The translations under genes were made by a program, and so were the position numbers. The notes below the pieces were generated by a model. That model ran no database searches. It had not been told where the DNA came from and was given only the letters and a program-made list of their open reading frames with translations. DNA of 64,000 bases, taken from the NCBI GenBank assembly GCA_963663805.2, contig CAXXMR010000013.1:384001-448000 (forward strand), written 5' to 3'. The stretch is from Sedimentisphaerales bacterium. GTDB lineage: Bacteria; Planctomycetota; Phycisphaerae; Sedimentisphaerales; SM23-30. Positions within the stretch are counted from its first letter, which is position 1; every line of letters starts with the position of its first letter. Below, one piece after another: positions 51,702 to 61,140 of the stretch.

Positions 51702-52484
51702 ATGAACTTTATCGTACCAGTACAATTTATTTTCGATCAGGCACCGGTATTCCTGCTGGTTCTTTTCCGCGTCGGCGGAATAATGGCCACCGCGCCGGTT
51801 TTTTCCTCAATGGTAATACCAATACCAATCCGCGCCATGTTCGCTCTGGTCATTGCCCTGGCCGTTTTCCCGCTCGTACCGCCTGTAGCGGCTCTGCCCA
51901 ACACAATTCCCTCATTAATTGTCGCAGTTGCCCTCGAAATGCTTATTGGTATTACCATGGGGTTCGCACTTAGCCTCATTTTCATTGGCATAGAACTCGG
52001 TGCCGAAATGGTCAGTCACCAGATGGGACTAGCCATGGCAAACCTTGTGGACCCCATGACCCAGAACTCAACTCAGGTGTTAAGTCAGTTTTATACCCTC
52101 TTGGCCACCGTAATATTCATCCTACTCAACGGCCATGTTAAGTTATTAATCTCCCTGCTCGACACCTTCGGCACCATACCACTCATGGCCGTAAAAATGA
52201 CCCGCGACACCCTTGACATCATTGTGTCCATACTCAACGGCTCCTTTATGCTAGCCATTCGCGTCGCCGGCCCCGCCCTTATCGCTATTTTTCTGGCAAC
52301 CCTCGCCCTCGGATTCATTTCCCGCACCATGCCTCAGCTAAATATCCTTGCCGCCGGGTTCCCCATCAGAATTTTACTCGCCCTTGTGTTGCTTATCGCA
52401 TCGCTGGGCGTTGTTTTCGTGTTGTTTGAACAGAACCTCGTTGTTGTTTTCCGGCAGTTACCAGAACTGTTCATTAAAGGATAG
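51702..52484 (+). CDS. fliR: Flagellar export protein FliR
   Basis: Polytopic; QMGL..A..VDP, SRTMPQLN. Confidence 0.95.
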   Translation: MNFIVPVQFIFDQAPVFLLVLFRVGGIMATAPVFSSMVIPIPIRAMFALVIALAVFPLVPPVAALPNTIPSLIVAVALEMLIGITMGFALSLIFIGIELGAEMVSHQMGLAMANLVDPMTQNSTQVLSQFYTLLATVIFILLNGHVKLLISLLDTFGTIPLMAVKMTRDTLDIIVSILNGSFMLAIRVAGPALIAIFLATLALGFISRTMPQLNILAAGFPIRILLALVLLIASLGVVFVLFEQNLVVVFRQLPELFIKG

Positions 52485-52492
52485 GACCATAA

Positions 52493-53587
52493 ATGCCTGC
52501 GGATACCGGTGAAAAAACTGAAGCCCCAACCCCAAAGCGTCTCCAGGAGGCCCGCGAAAAGGGCCAGGTTTCGCGCTCTGCCGACCTCACCGCCGCCGTG
52601 GGGCTGCTGGCCGGACTGGTCGTACTCAATATTTATGGTGCGTCCATCCTCCGTGGCTTTATGGACATCATGGAAAAATGCCTTACATTAGATAATGTCC
52701 CCATTACCGGCCAAATCACCGCCGATGAAGGATGGCGAACCCTGTTGGCTACAATGGCTTCTTTGGTTGGCCCACTTTTTCTCATACTCGTCATTGTCGC
52801 CATCGTTATAAACATTCTTCAGGTAGGTTTCGTCCTTACCTCTAAACCCATAACTCCTTCATTTGAAAAGATTTCCATTCTTTCCGGATTCAAACGCCTT
52901 TTCTCCCAGCGTACCGCCATGCGGATGGTCATGAACCTCGCTAAGGTCGGCGTAATTGCCACCGCCGCCTGGATTACCATCAAAAATTATCTGCCTGCCC
53001 TTGTCGGCGTTTCCGAATTAGCCTTTACCAAGGTTGTTGCCGTCGGTTCCCAGATGATGTTTATGCTCGGCGTTCGCTTAGCCGGTATCCTGCTCATCCT
53101 GGCCCTTATCGATTTCGCCTACCAGAAATACAAAGGCTATCAGGATCTCCGCATGTCAAAGGAAGAGGTCAAAGAGGAACTCAAACGTATGGAAGGTGAC
53201 CCCATCATGCGTTCGCGTCGTCGTCAGGTCGCCCGCCAGCTCGCCGCCCAGCGGATGAGCCAGGCCGTACCAACCGCAGATGTCGTCGTCACCAACCCCA
53301 CCCACCTTGCCATCGCCCTTAAATATGACCAGTCGTCCATGCACTCACCCAAAGTTGTCGCCAAAGGTGCCGGATACATCGCTATGAGAATCCGCGAAAT
53401 CGCCAACGAAAACAATATCCCGGTCGTCGAACGTAAACCGCTCGCCCAGGCCCTGTTCAAATCATGTGAAATTGGTGATTACATCCCGCCCGAACTCTAC
53501 AAAGCCGTCGCCGAAGTACTCGCTTATGTATTCGAACTGGCTGGCAGGGGATTCAGACGTTCAGTAGCAACCGCCGGAGCGAGATAA
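52493..53587 (+). CDS. flhB: Flagellar export protein FlhB
   Basis: EKTEAPTPKR, EGDP, TNPTH autocleavage motif. Confidence 0.97.
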   Translation: MPADTGEKTEAPTPKRLQEAREKGQVSRSADLTAAVGLLAGLVVLNIYGASILRGFMDIMEKCLTLDNVPITGQITADEGWRTLLATMASLVGPLFLILVIVAIVINILQVGFVLTSKPITPSFEKISILSGFKRLFSQRTAMRMVMNLAKVGVIATAAWITIKNYLPALVGVSELAFTKVVAVGSQMMFMLGVRLAGILLILALIDFAYQKYKGYQDLRMSKEEVKEELKRMEGDPIMRSRRRQVARQLAAQRMSQAVPTADVVVTNPTHLAIALKYDQSSMHSPKVVAKGAGYIAMRIREIANENNIPVVERKPLAQALFKSCEIGDYIPPELYKAVAEVLAYVFELAGRGFRRSVATAGAR

Positions 53588-53620
53588 AATGAAACGTTGT
53601 TTTTGTTTGTGTTGTTGTGA

Positions 53621-53703
53621 ATTTTGAAATTAGAATTTATTTAGGATTTAGAATTTAGTGCTCAGAATTTCCAGTTTATCTGGCTTAGGATTTAGGATTT
53701 AAA
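53621..53703. repeat. Degenerate heptamer repeats (TTAG(G/A)AT)
   Basis: ttagaattt / ttaggatttagaatttag / ttaggatttaggattt between flhB and flhA. Confidence 0.7.
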
Positions 53704-53706
53704 TAA

Positions 53707-55821
53707 GTGCCCGCAGCATCAAACAACTTGATATCACGACTAAACTGGCTCAACACCGGCCGGGAATTCATCTTCCCCCTTGCCGCCGTCAGTCTGATTT
53801 TTGTCATGCTTATCCAGTTGCCCACTCCGCTTATGGATATTATGCTGGCGGCCAACCTCGCCTTCGCTGCCATAGTATTGCTGACTACCATTTACGTTAC
53901 CAGTCCCTTGGAATTCTCTGTTTTTCCCTCCATGCTCCTGGTCGCGACCCTGTTGCGCCTGGTACTTAACTGTGCTACCACCCGTCTGATTCTTCAAGCG
54001 CCTGAAACCCCCGGTGATGCCACTGCCGCTGCAGGTCATGTTATCCAGGCCTTTGGTAATTTCGTTACTGGCGGTTCACTCGTCATCGGTCTTATCATCT
54101 TTATCATTCTCGTCGTCATCCAGTTTGTCGTAATCACCAAAGGTGCAACCCGTATCAGTGAAGTGGCCGCCCGTTTTACCTTGGACGGCATGCCTGGCAA
54201 ACAGATGGCCATTGATGCTGACCTCAACGCCGGCCTTATCAACGAAGCCGAAGCACGCCGCCGCCGCGAAGCCATCAGTTCCGAAGCGGACTTTTACGGG
54301 GCCATGGACGGTGCCAGTAAATTCGTCCGTGGCGATGCCATTGCCGGTATCATTATCACCATCGTTAACATCGTCGGCGGACTTACTATCGGTATGCTCG
54401 AATACGACTGGGATCTCGCCACCTGCTTCGAAGTCTTCACCAAACTAACCATCGGTGACGGCCTGGTAAGTCAGATTCCCGCCTTTATTATCTCCGTCTC
54501 CGCCGGTCTTATCGTCACTCGATCCACCAGCAAGACCAACCTCGGCGAAGAACTCATTACCCAGCTTACCTCCAAGCCCCGCGCTCTTATCGTCGGTGCT
54601 GGTTTCCTCGCCTTGCTCGCCACCACCGGATTGCCCACCCTCCCGCTGCTTATTATGGCCGCGTCATTCATCGGTATTGCCCAGGTTGTCAAAAAATCCA
54701 AGGTCAAACAAGCCGACCAGGAGGCACGCGATGCCAAAAAAGCCGAAGTCGCCCCCAAACAGGACAAAATCGAATCTCTTCTGCCCGTCGATCGCATGGA
54801 AATGGAAATCGGCTATGCCCTCGTCAGACTCGTGGACGCCAAGCAGGGAGGCGACCTCCTCCATCGCATCAGCATGTTACGCCGCCAGATTGCCCTCGAA
54901 CTCGGTATAATTGTCCCCAGTATCCGCATTCGTGATAATGTCCGCCTCAATCCCAACGAATATATCATCAAAATCAAAGGGGTCGAAGTCGCCCGGGCCG
55001 CCGCCTTTGCCGACCAGTATCTCGCTATGGACTCTGGCGCCGTCACCGGCAAACTCAACGGCCAGGAAACCGTCGAACCCGCTTTCGGACTGCCTGCCGT
55101 CTGGATTCCCGCCGTCAGGCGCGACCAGGCCGAAATGATGAACTATACCGTCGTCGATTGCTCCAGTGTAGTCGCCACCCACCTCACCGAGGTCATCAAG
55201 AACCACGCTTCCGAGCTGCTCACCCGTGAAGAATTGAACAGCCTGCTCGACACCGCCAAGCAAAGCTGCCCTGCCGTCGTCGAAGAAGTAGTCGGCGGCA
55301 CTCTCAAGGCCGGCGATGTCCAGAAAGTCCTCCAGTCCCTGCTTGAAGAGCGTGTCCCCATACGCGACATCGAAACCATACTCGAAACCCTCGCCGATTG
55401 GGGAACCCGAACTCAGGATCTCGAAGTCCTCACCGAATATGTCCGCAACGCCCTGGCCCGCACAATTTGTGCCCAGTATCGCGAAGAAGACGGCCGTTTA
55501 CGCTGCGTAACCCTCGACCCCGCCCTCGAAGATGTCATTAATCGACACATCGAACGCAGCGAAAGAGGCAGTTACCTTACCCTGCCGCCCGCCGTCGCCG
55601 CTGAAATCGTAAAAGCCATAAGATCGCAGCTCGAAAAACTATTGCAGGTCGGTGCCCAGCCCCTGATTCTCTGTTCACCCCAAATTAGACTTTCTTTAAG
55701 AAGATTACTCGCTCCGTCCTTGCCAAACATAGCTGTTCTCGCTTATAATGAAATCGTTAAGTCCGTACAAATTGATTCACTTGGAATGGTGGTAGTTGAA
55801 GATGAAACTCAAAAACTTTAG
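53707..55821 (+). CDS. flhA: Flagellar export protein FlhA
   Basis: RISEVAARFTLDGMPGKQMAIDADL, FYGAMDGASKFV. Confidence 0.98.
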   Translation: MPAASNNLISRLNWLNTGREFIFPLAAVSLIFVMLIQLPTPLMDIMLAANLAFAAIVLLTTIYVTSPLEFSVFPSMLLVATLLRLVLNCATTRLILQAPETPGDATAAAGHVIQAFGNFVTGGSLVIGLIIFIILVVIQFVVITKGATRISEVAARFTLDGMPGKQMAIDADLNAGLINEAEARRRREAISSEADFYGAMDGASKFVRGDAIAGIIITIVNIVGGLTIGMLEYDWDLATCFEVFTKLTIGDGLVSQIPAFIISVSAGLIVTRSTSKTNLGEELITQLTSKPRALIVGAGFLALLATTGLPTLPLLIMAASFIGIAQVVKKSKVKQADQEARDAKKAEVAPKQDKIESLLPVDRMEMEIGYALVRLVDAKQGGDLLHRISMLRRQIALELGIIVPSIRIRDNVRLNPNEYIIKIKGVEVARAAAFADQYLAMDSGAVTGKLNGQETVEPAFGLPAVWIPAVRRDQAEMMNYTVVDCSSVVATHLTEVIKNHASELLTREELNSLLDTAKQSCPAVVEEVVGGTLKAGDVQKVLQSLLEERVPIRDIETILETLADWGTRTQDLEVLTEYVRNALARTICAQYREEDGRLRCVTLDPALEDVINRHIERSERGSYLTLPPAVAAEIVKAIRSQLEKLLQVGAQPLILCSPQIRLSLRRLLAPSLPNIAVLAYNEIVKSVQIDSLGMVVVEDETQKL

Positions 55822-57124
55822 AGCACCCACAATGCCTCAGGCATTGGCTATGGTCAAAAGAGAGTTCGGCCCCGATGCCGTGATTGTACGTACCAGAAGC
55901 TATAAAAAAGGCGGAGTACTCGGTATTGGGGCCCGTAATATCATCGAAATCACCGCGCGGGCCCATCAGCCCGGCGACCTGAAACCCAAAACCGCCCGAC
56001 CGGCACATACCAATCGACTTGCCCAGACCTATGGTATCGCGCACCCGAAGAAAACACCAGCTCCCCGCGCCAACCTGAACAATTCCCGTTCCGATACCAT
56101 TACTTTACTCGATGAACTCGCCGGCCATGGCAGATTGCCGCGCCAACGCGAAATAAACTTGCCCCGGTTCGAAATTCAAAAAGAAAAAATCGACTCTGCC
56201 CAGTCCGAAATGTTCAAAAACGAAATGCAGTCGCTTCGTTCGCTGGTTGAGTCGCTCGTCAAAGAACAACGGCAGCTCCACGAACCCCAGATGCCCGAAC
56301 AGCTTTTCGAAATGTATCTCGACCTCATCCAGCGTGAAGTATCCGAAGAAATCGCCCGCGAAATGCTCCACGAAATCCAGAACGGACTCACCGGCCAGCA
56401 GGCACGCAGTGTGGACATCGTCCGCCAGCGTGTTATCGATGCTATGGCCCAGATGATTGACACCGCCGGACCTATTTGCCCCAACGTGGACGGCAAAACC
56501 CGCGTTGTCGCCCTCATTGGTCCCACCGGTGTCGGCAAAACCACCACCATCGCCAAGCTCGCTGCCGACCTCAAACTCCGCCAGAATAAAAAAGTCGCTC
56601 TTATTACCATCGACACCTACCGAATCGGGGCCGTTGACCAGCTCCGCATGTATGCTCAAATTATTGGCGTACCCATCCACGTGGTACTCACGCCCGCCGA
56701 CCTGAAAAGAACCGTCGACAGCCTCCAGGATATGGATGTTGTACTCATCGACACCGCCGGTCGCAGCCAGAAGGACCACGCCAAAATCAACGAACTTCGC
56801 GCCTTCCTCGATGCCGTCGGCCCCCACGAACTGCATTTGGTTCTTTCCACCAACTGCCATCATTCCCACATGCTCAGTGCCGCCGAGGAATTCAAAAAAC
56901 TCGGAGTCGACCGAATCATCCTGACCAAACTCGACGAAGCCATCAGTTTTGGTGTCGTCTTGTCCGTCTTTAAGAAAATTGACGCCTCGCTTTCCTACAT
57001 AACCACAGGCCAGGACGTGCCCGACGACATAGAAGTCGGCAACCCCCGCAGATTAGCCCAGCTTCTGCTCGGAATGGAACAATCCCAAAACCACGGCAAC
57101 CTCGAAAACGCCACCGCAGGATAA
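55802..57124 (+). CDS. flhF: Flagellar SRP-family GTPase FlhF
   Basis: GPTGVGKTTTIAKLA, DTYRIGA, DTAGRS, TKLDE, GQDVPDD. Confidence 0.95.
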   Translation: MKLKNFRAPTMPQALAMVKREFGPDAVIVRTRSYKKGGVLGIGARNIIEITARAHQPGDLKPKTARPAHTNRLAQTYGIAHPKKTPAPRANLNNSRSDTITLLDELAGHGRLPRQREINLPRFEIQKEKIDSAQSEMFKNEMQSLRSLVESLVKEQRQLHEPQMPEQLFEMYLDLIQREVSEEIAREMLHEIQNGLTGQQARSVDIVRQRVIDAMAQMIDTAGPICPNVDGKTRVVALIGPTGVGKTTTIAKLAADLKLRQNKKVALITIDTYRIGAVDQLRMYAQIIGVPIHVVLTPADLKRTVDSLQDMDVVLIDTAGRSQKDHAKINELRAFLDAVGPHELHLVLSTNCHHSHMLSAAEEFKKLGVDRIILTKLDEAISFGVVLSVFKKIDASLSYITTGQDVPDDIEVGNPRRLAQLLLGMEQSQNHGNLENATAG

Positions 57125-57228
57125 CACCTAACTAGTGAACATTTATTACAAAACAGGAGACCAGGCATTCAGGCAAAATAATTACTCCAACTTATGACCG
57201 GCATTAAGCCCGTGCCCAAAACAAAAAA

Positions 57229-58077
57229 ATGGTAGTAGACCAAGCCGAAAAACTCAGACTAATGATGCGCCGCCGCGAAGGTAACGCCCAGGTTATAGCT
57301 ATTGCTTCCGGCAAAGGCGGAACCGGCAAAACCAACGTCGCCGCCAATCTCGCTATTTGCCTCATGGCCTCACGCAAAGATGTGCTGCTCATTGATGCCG
57401 ACCTAGGCCTTGCCAATCTCGACGTTGTCATGAATGTCAAGGTCAGGCATACCCTCGCCCAGGTTATCGACGGCAAAAAGAACATTGACGAAATCATTCA
57501 GCGCGGTCCCGCCGGCCTGAAAATGATTTGTGGCGCTTCAGGTCTCGCCCGCATCGCCGACCTCACCGACTTTGAACGTCAGCGTATTGTCCAGCAGTTT
57601 TCCGAGCTCGAAAATAAGGCCGACATTATTATCATCGACACCGGTGCCGGTATCTCCCAGAACGTACTCGGCTTTTGCGAGTCCGCCCAACGCACCGTTG
57701 TCGTCGTTACCCCTGAGCCCACCAGCATCACCGATGCCTATGCCCTCATCAAGCGGCTTAGCCAGGAACATTCCGGCACCAAGATTTCCCTGCTGGTCAA
57801 CATGGCCGAAAGCCGGGCCGACGCCAAAAAGGTCTACCAGCGTTTAGCCGGAGTCGCTGGCAGGTTCCTTTCTACCACCGTTTACGATGCCGGCTATATC
57901 CTCCGCGACGAGCATGTTCGCCAGGCCGTTAGTCAGCGACAGCCAGTTACCCTTGCCTACCCACGCTGCCAGGCCAGCTATTGTTTCATGGCCCTGGCCG
58001 GAAAACTCTCCCGACCCACAGCCGTCGCCGCCGACGACGAAGGCTTCTTCAAAAAGGTAGTCAACTGGTTCTTCTAG
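57229..58077 (+). CDS. flhG: MinD-like flagellar number regulator FlhG/FleN
   Basis: DQAEKLR N-terminus, SGKGGTGKT, DADLGLAN, PEPTSITDAY. Confidence 0.93.
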   Translation: MVVDQAEKLRLMMRRREGNAQVIAIASGKGGTGKTNVAANLAICLMASRKDVLLIDADLGLANLDVVMNVKVRHTLAQVIDGKKNIDEIIQRGPAGLKMICGASGLARIADLTDFERQRIVQQFSELENKADIIIIDTGAGISQNVLGFCESAQRTVVVVTPEPTSITDAYALIKRLSQEHSGTKISLLVNMAESRADAKKVYQRLAGVAGRFLSTTVYDAGYILRDEHVRQAVSQRQPVTLAYPRCQASYCFMALAGKLSRPTAVAADDEGFFKKVVNWFF

Positions 58078-58329
58078 TTATAAGACGTTAAACATTTTAT
58101 AGCGATATAGCCGAATAAACTTAAACCGGATAATTTAATTTTTGCGAGGAACATAAATAAATAATAAAGTAGATAACTAGTTGGCAACAAGGAAGTTGCG
58201 ATAATAAGGCGGCCCGCACCCATTTTCCGGTGCCTGCCCCGCCGGGCTTAAATCGCCGATATTTAACTAAAGTCGGCAAGCACCAGACCCGATCAGAGCA
58301 AAAGTTGGTGTAGTGACTGAAAGGATTCG

Positions 58330-58674
58330 ATGAAAGTATCTGCTACAGTATGTGGGGCAGGGCTGGGTTTTCTTGCCTTTGGTATCAGTCTACTTATCGG
58401 ACTTTGGGTCGATAACCCGTTTATCACCCTGGTTACCCGAGCCCTCAAATTACTCGTTATCTTCTTCTTCATCGGCTCAATATTGGGCCATCTCGGACTC
58501 AAAGTTATCCACGAAAATTACGAACAGCTTCGCGCCGAGGATGAACTCGAAGCCGAAGAAATCGAAAATCTGCCCCAGGTCGCCCAGGTCGGAGAAATAC
58601 CACCCGACCAGCAGCCCCAAAAACAACCAGTACAGAATCAGCAGACGCCCCAGCCGGAGCCCGCTGCCCTTTAA
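58330..58674 (+). CDS. Hypothetical two-TM membrane protein with an acidic/Gln-Pro tail
   Basis: Two hydrophobic segments, AAGGA RBS, between flhG and fliA. Confidence 0.7.
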   Translation: MKVSATVCGAGLGFLAFGISLLIGLWVDNPFITLVTRALKLLVIFFFIGSILGHLGLKVIHENYEQLRAEDELEAEEIENLPQVAQVGEIPPDQQPQKQPVQNQQTPQPEPAAL

Positions 58675-58745
58675 TAACATGAAGCTTTACCAGATATTAT
58701 AAAAGACACTGACTAATAATATCAGAGAAAATGAGGTCGTTAGCT

Positions 58746-59531
58746 ATGGCAAAGTCTCCCGAAGAACAAGCAATGCTTATGGAAAAGTGGAAGGAGTATA
58801 AGGAATTCGGCGGCAATGAGATGCGCAATTTCCTTATGGAGCAGTACCTTACACTTGTCAAATACAATGCCGAGAGAATCTACGCCAAGCTGCCCGACGA
58901 AGTCGAGCTAGACGACCTTATCAGCGCCGGCGTGTTCGGGCTTATGGACGCCATCGATGCCTTCGACCTCAGTCGATGCGTAAAGTTCGAAACTTATTGC
59001 GCCCCGCGTATTCGCGGTGCCATTCTCGACGAACTACGCTCTATGGACTGGGTGCCGCGCCTCGTGCGTTCCCGCGCCCATAAACTTGATGAAGCCGCCA
59101 AGGTCCTCGAAGCCCAGCTCGGCCGTTCCGCCACCGACGAAGAACTCGCCCGCGGCATGAACGTCTCTCAGGACGAATTCGTCAAACTTAAACGTGATGC
59201 AACTGCTGTGTCCCTTGTTTCGCTAAGCCGTAAATGGTTTGAAACCGACTCCCAGAAGGACGTTTGCGAAATCGACGTACTCGAAGATAAACGCGGCCAG
59301 AACCCCCTTGAGGAAATCCAGAAACGAGACATCAAAGACGCGCTTACCAAAAGCCTAAGCCGCGCCGAAAAACTCATCCTAATCCTCTACTATTACGAAG
59401 AAATGACCATGAAGGAAATCGGGGCCACCTTGGACCTCTCCGAGTCGCGAGTTTCCCAGATGCACTCATCAATACTCGCCCGCCTAAAAGCCCAGATGTC
59501 ACACCAGAAAGTAGAAATGGTCACAACCTGA
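58746..59531 (+). CDS. fliA: RNA polymerase sigma28 factor FliA/WhiG
   Basis: DDLISAGVFGLMDA, RIRGAILDELRSMDWVPR, LSESRVSQMH; GAGGT RBS before ATG 58746. Confidence 0.96.
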   Translation: MAKSPEEQAMLMEKWKEYKEFGGNEMRNFLMEQYLTLVKYNAERIYAKLPDEVELDDLISAGVFGLMDAIDAFDLSRCVKFETYCAPRIRGAILDELRSMDWVPRLVRSRAHKLDEAAKVLEAQLGRSATDEELARGMNVSQDEFVKLKRDATAVSLVSLSRKWFETDSQKDVCEIDVLEDKRGQNPLEEIQKRDIKDALTKSLSRAEKLILILYYYEEMTMKEIGATLDLSESRVSQMHSSILARLKAQMSHQKVEMVTT

Positions 59532-59558
59532 AAAGGTTACCAATTTATCTGAATACAA

Positions 59559-59590
59559 TAAACCCCGTGGCACGTCCGCGGGGTTTTTCT
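59559..59590 (+). terminator. Intrinsic terminator after fliA
   Basis: aaaccccgtgg-cacgt-ccgcggggttttt. Confidence 0.75.
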
Positions 59591-59646
59591 TGCGTATACC
59601 CAAAAACCGGTAATCACCCATCTGATATCGGTCGATATATACCTTG

Positions 59647-60174
59647 ATGGAACAGGAACTTACCGGAAATCCGTATGCTTTATCGGGCCTGAGCAGTAAA
59701 CGCCGCGTTAAAGCCGTTAAAGTCGGCGACTTACGACTCGCCACCGACCCCCGTGCTACACTCATCACCTACGCCCTCGGTTCCTGTCTCGGCGTAACTT
59801 TCTACGACTCCAGAGTCCCCATTGTCGGCCTCGGCCACTTCCTCCTGCCCACGGCGCCCCCCAAATGCAGCCTCACCGAATCACGAAAACACGTTAATAC
59901 CGGCCTGGACGAACTCTACCGAAAATTAATCGACGCCGGTGCCCTGAAACGCCGACTCAAAATTCATCTTTTCGGCTGTGCCTCAATTCTGAAAGGCACC
60001 CCATCCCTCGATATAGGCCGCCAGAACTTCAACGCCGCCGCCCAATGGCTAAAGACCAATAACCTCTCTCCCATAGCTGCCCACGTCGGCGGAAACAAAA
60101 ACCGTACCGTAACCATCCAGGCCGACACCGGCAAAATAACCATCCGCACCGGCCGCGATGTAATTCAGATTTAA
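59647..60174 (+). CDS. cheD: Chemoreceptor glutamine deamidase CheD
   Basis: TYALGSCLGV (catalytic Cys), GLGHFLLP, IGRQN, HVGG..RT. Confidence 0.9.
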   Translation: MEQELTGNPYALSGLSSKRRVKAVKVGDLRLATDPRATLITYALGSCLGVTFYDSRVPIVGLGHFLLPTAPPKCSLTESRKHVNTGLDELYRKLIDAGALKRRLKIHLFGCASILKGTPSLDIGRQNFNAAAQWLKTNNLSPIAAHVGGNKNRTVTIQADTGKITIRTGRDVIQI

Positions 60175-60175
60175 A

Positions 60176-61108
60176 TTACTTGCCAAACTCTAAAACAGCC
60201 GTAACCGGACAATGATCCGAAGGATATCGACCGTCCCTGTTATATCGATTAACCTTAGCCTCCAGTACGCAAACCGGCCTCGCCGTCAGTACATAATCAA
60301 TCTTCGGAAACGGTTCCCGTTTGCCGAACCCGTTGAATGTCCCCGCGTCAACTTCTTCGCCATGCTTAACCCGAAACGTATCAACCATCGGCAGGGGGGT
60401 AACGATTCTTTTGCCGTCAACCTTAACCGCCTTACCCTTAAAAAACCGCACCGCCTGCTCATGTTCCCGTGCGTTAAAATCACCCACCAGCACAAACGGG
60501 TCGTCAACTTCCCGCCCTGCAATCCGCTCCGTAATCAGTATCATACTCCGATCCCGGCAATATTCACATTGATGGTCCAGATGCGCATTGTAAAAATAAA
60601 TCCCCTTTCCGCTTTCCTTATCCACAAACCGTGACCACTCACAGAAACGCGAACCTCTGTTCCCCCAGCCCTTCGAACCCGCCACCTCCGGCGTATCCGA
60701 TAGCCAGAATACACCTTCTCTCTCAACTTCCCACCGGTCCTTACGATAAAGTATCGTATTCGATGACCCGCCAATTTTTCCGTCGCTGTATGTTGTCAGA
60801 AAACCATACTCCGCCACAAGCTCCATAAGCACATCCACCTGTGGCTTTTCAGCCTCCTGCAAACCAATAAAATCAGCCTCGCTGTCCCTTATTATATCCG
60901 CCACCATCCCCTTGCGATATTCCCAGCCGTCAATCCCGTCCTTGCCCCGGTAATAGCGAATATTAAACGTCATCGCCTTGACCCGCAGCTTATCCGCCCC
61001 GATTTCCCCCACACCCTGCCGCCCGCTGCTCTCACACGATACCAGCCCCACGCAAACCAAAACTGCTAGAATTAGCCCCCAAAACCGTCTTTTTCGCGTA
61101 AAATTCAT
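60176..61108 (-). CDS. Endonuclease/exonuclease/phosphatase-family lipoprotein (paralog 1)
   Basis: Lipobox LVSC; TFNIR, GLQE, GDFN, SDHCPV. Confidence 0.92.
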   Translation of the reverse strand: MNFTRKRRFWGLILAVLVCVGLVSCESSGRQGVGEIGADKLRVKAMTFNIRYYRGKDGIDGWEYRKGMVADIIRDSEADFIGLQEAEKPQVDVLMELVAEYGFLTTYSDGKIGGSSNTILYRKDRWEVEREGVFWLSDTPEVAGSKGWGNRGSRFCEWSRFVDKESGKGIYFYNAHLDHQCEYCRDRSMILITERIAGREVDDPFVLVGDFNAREHEQAVRFFKGKAVKVDGKRIVTPLPMVDTFRVKHGEEVDAGTFNGFGKREPFPKIDYVLTARPVCVLEAKVNRYNRDGRYPSDHCPVTAVLEFGK

Positions 61109-61140
61109 ATTGGCCTCCTAACGCCTTATCAGCCAGTTAA

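Noticed and set aside
36144..56869. Long antisense ORFs opposite fliF, fliK, flgD, motA and flhF
   Set aside because: Shadow ORFs arising from codon bias of the sense genes; no motifs or RBS support.
58200..58260. c-di-GMP riboswitch before the fliA unit
   Set aside because: A GC-rich stem is present, but the GGCAAAC/GAAA/GACGCAAAGC GEMM signature is absent.
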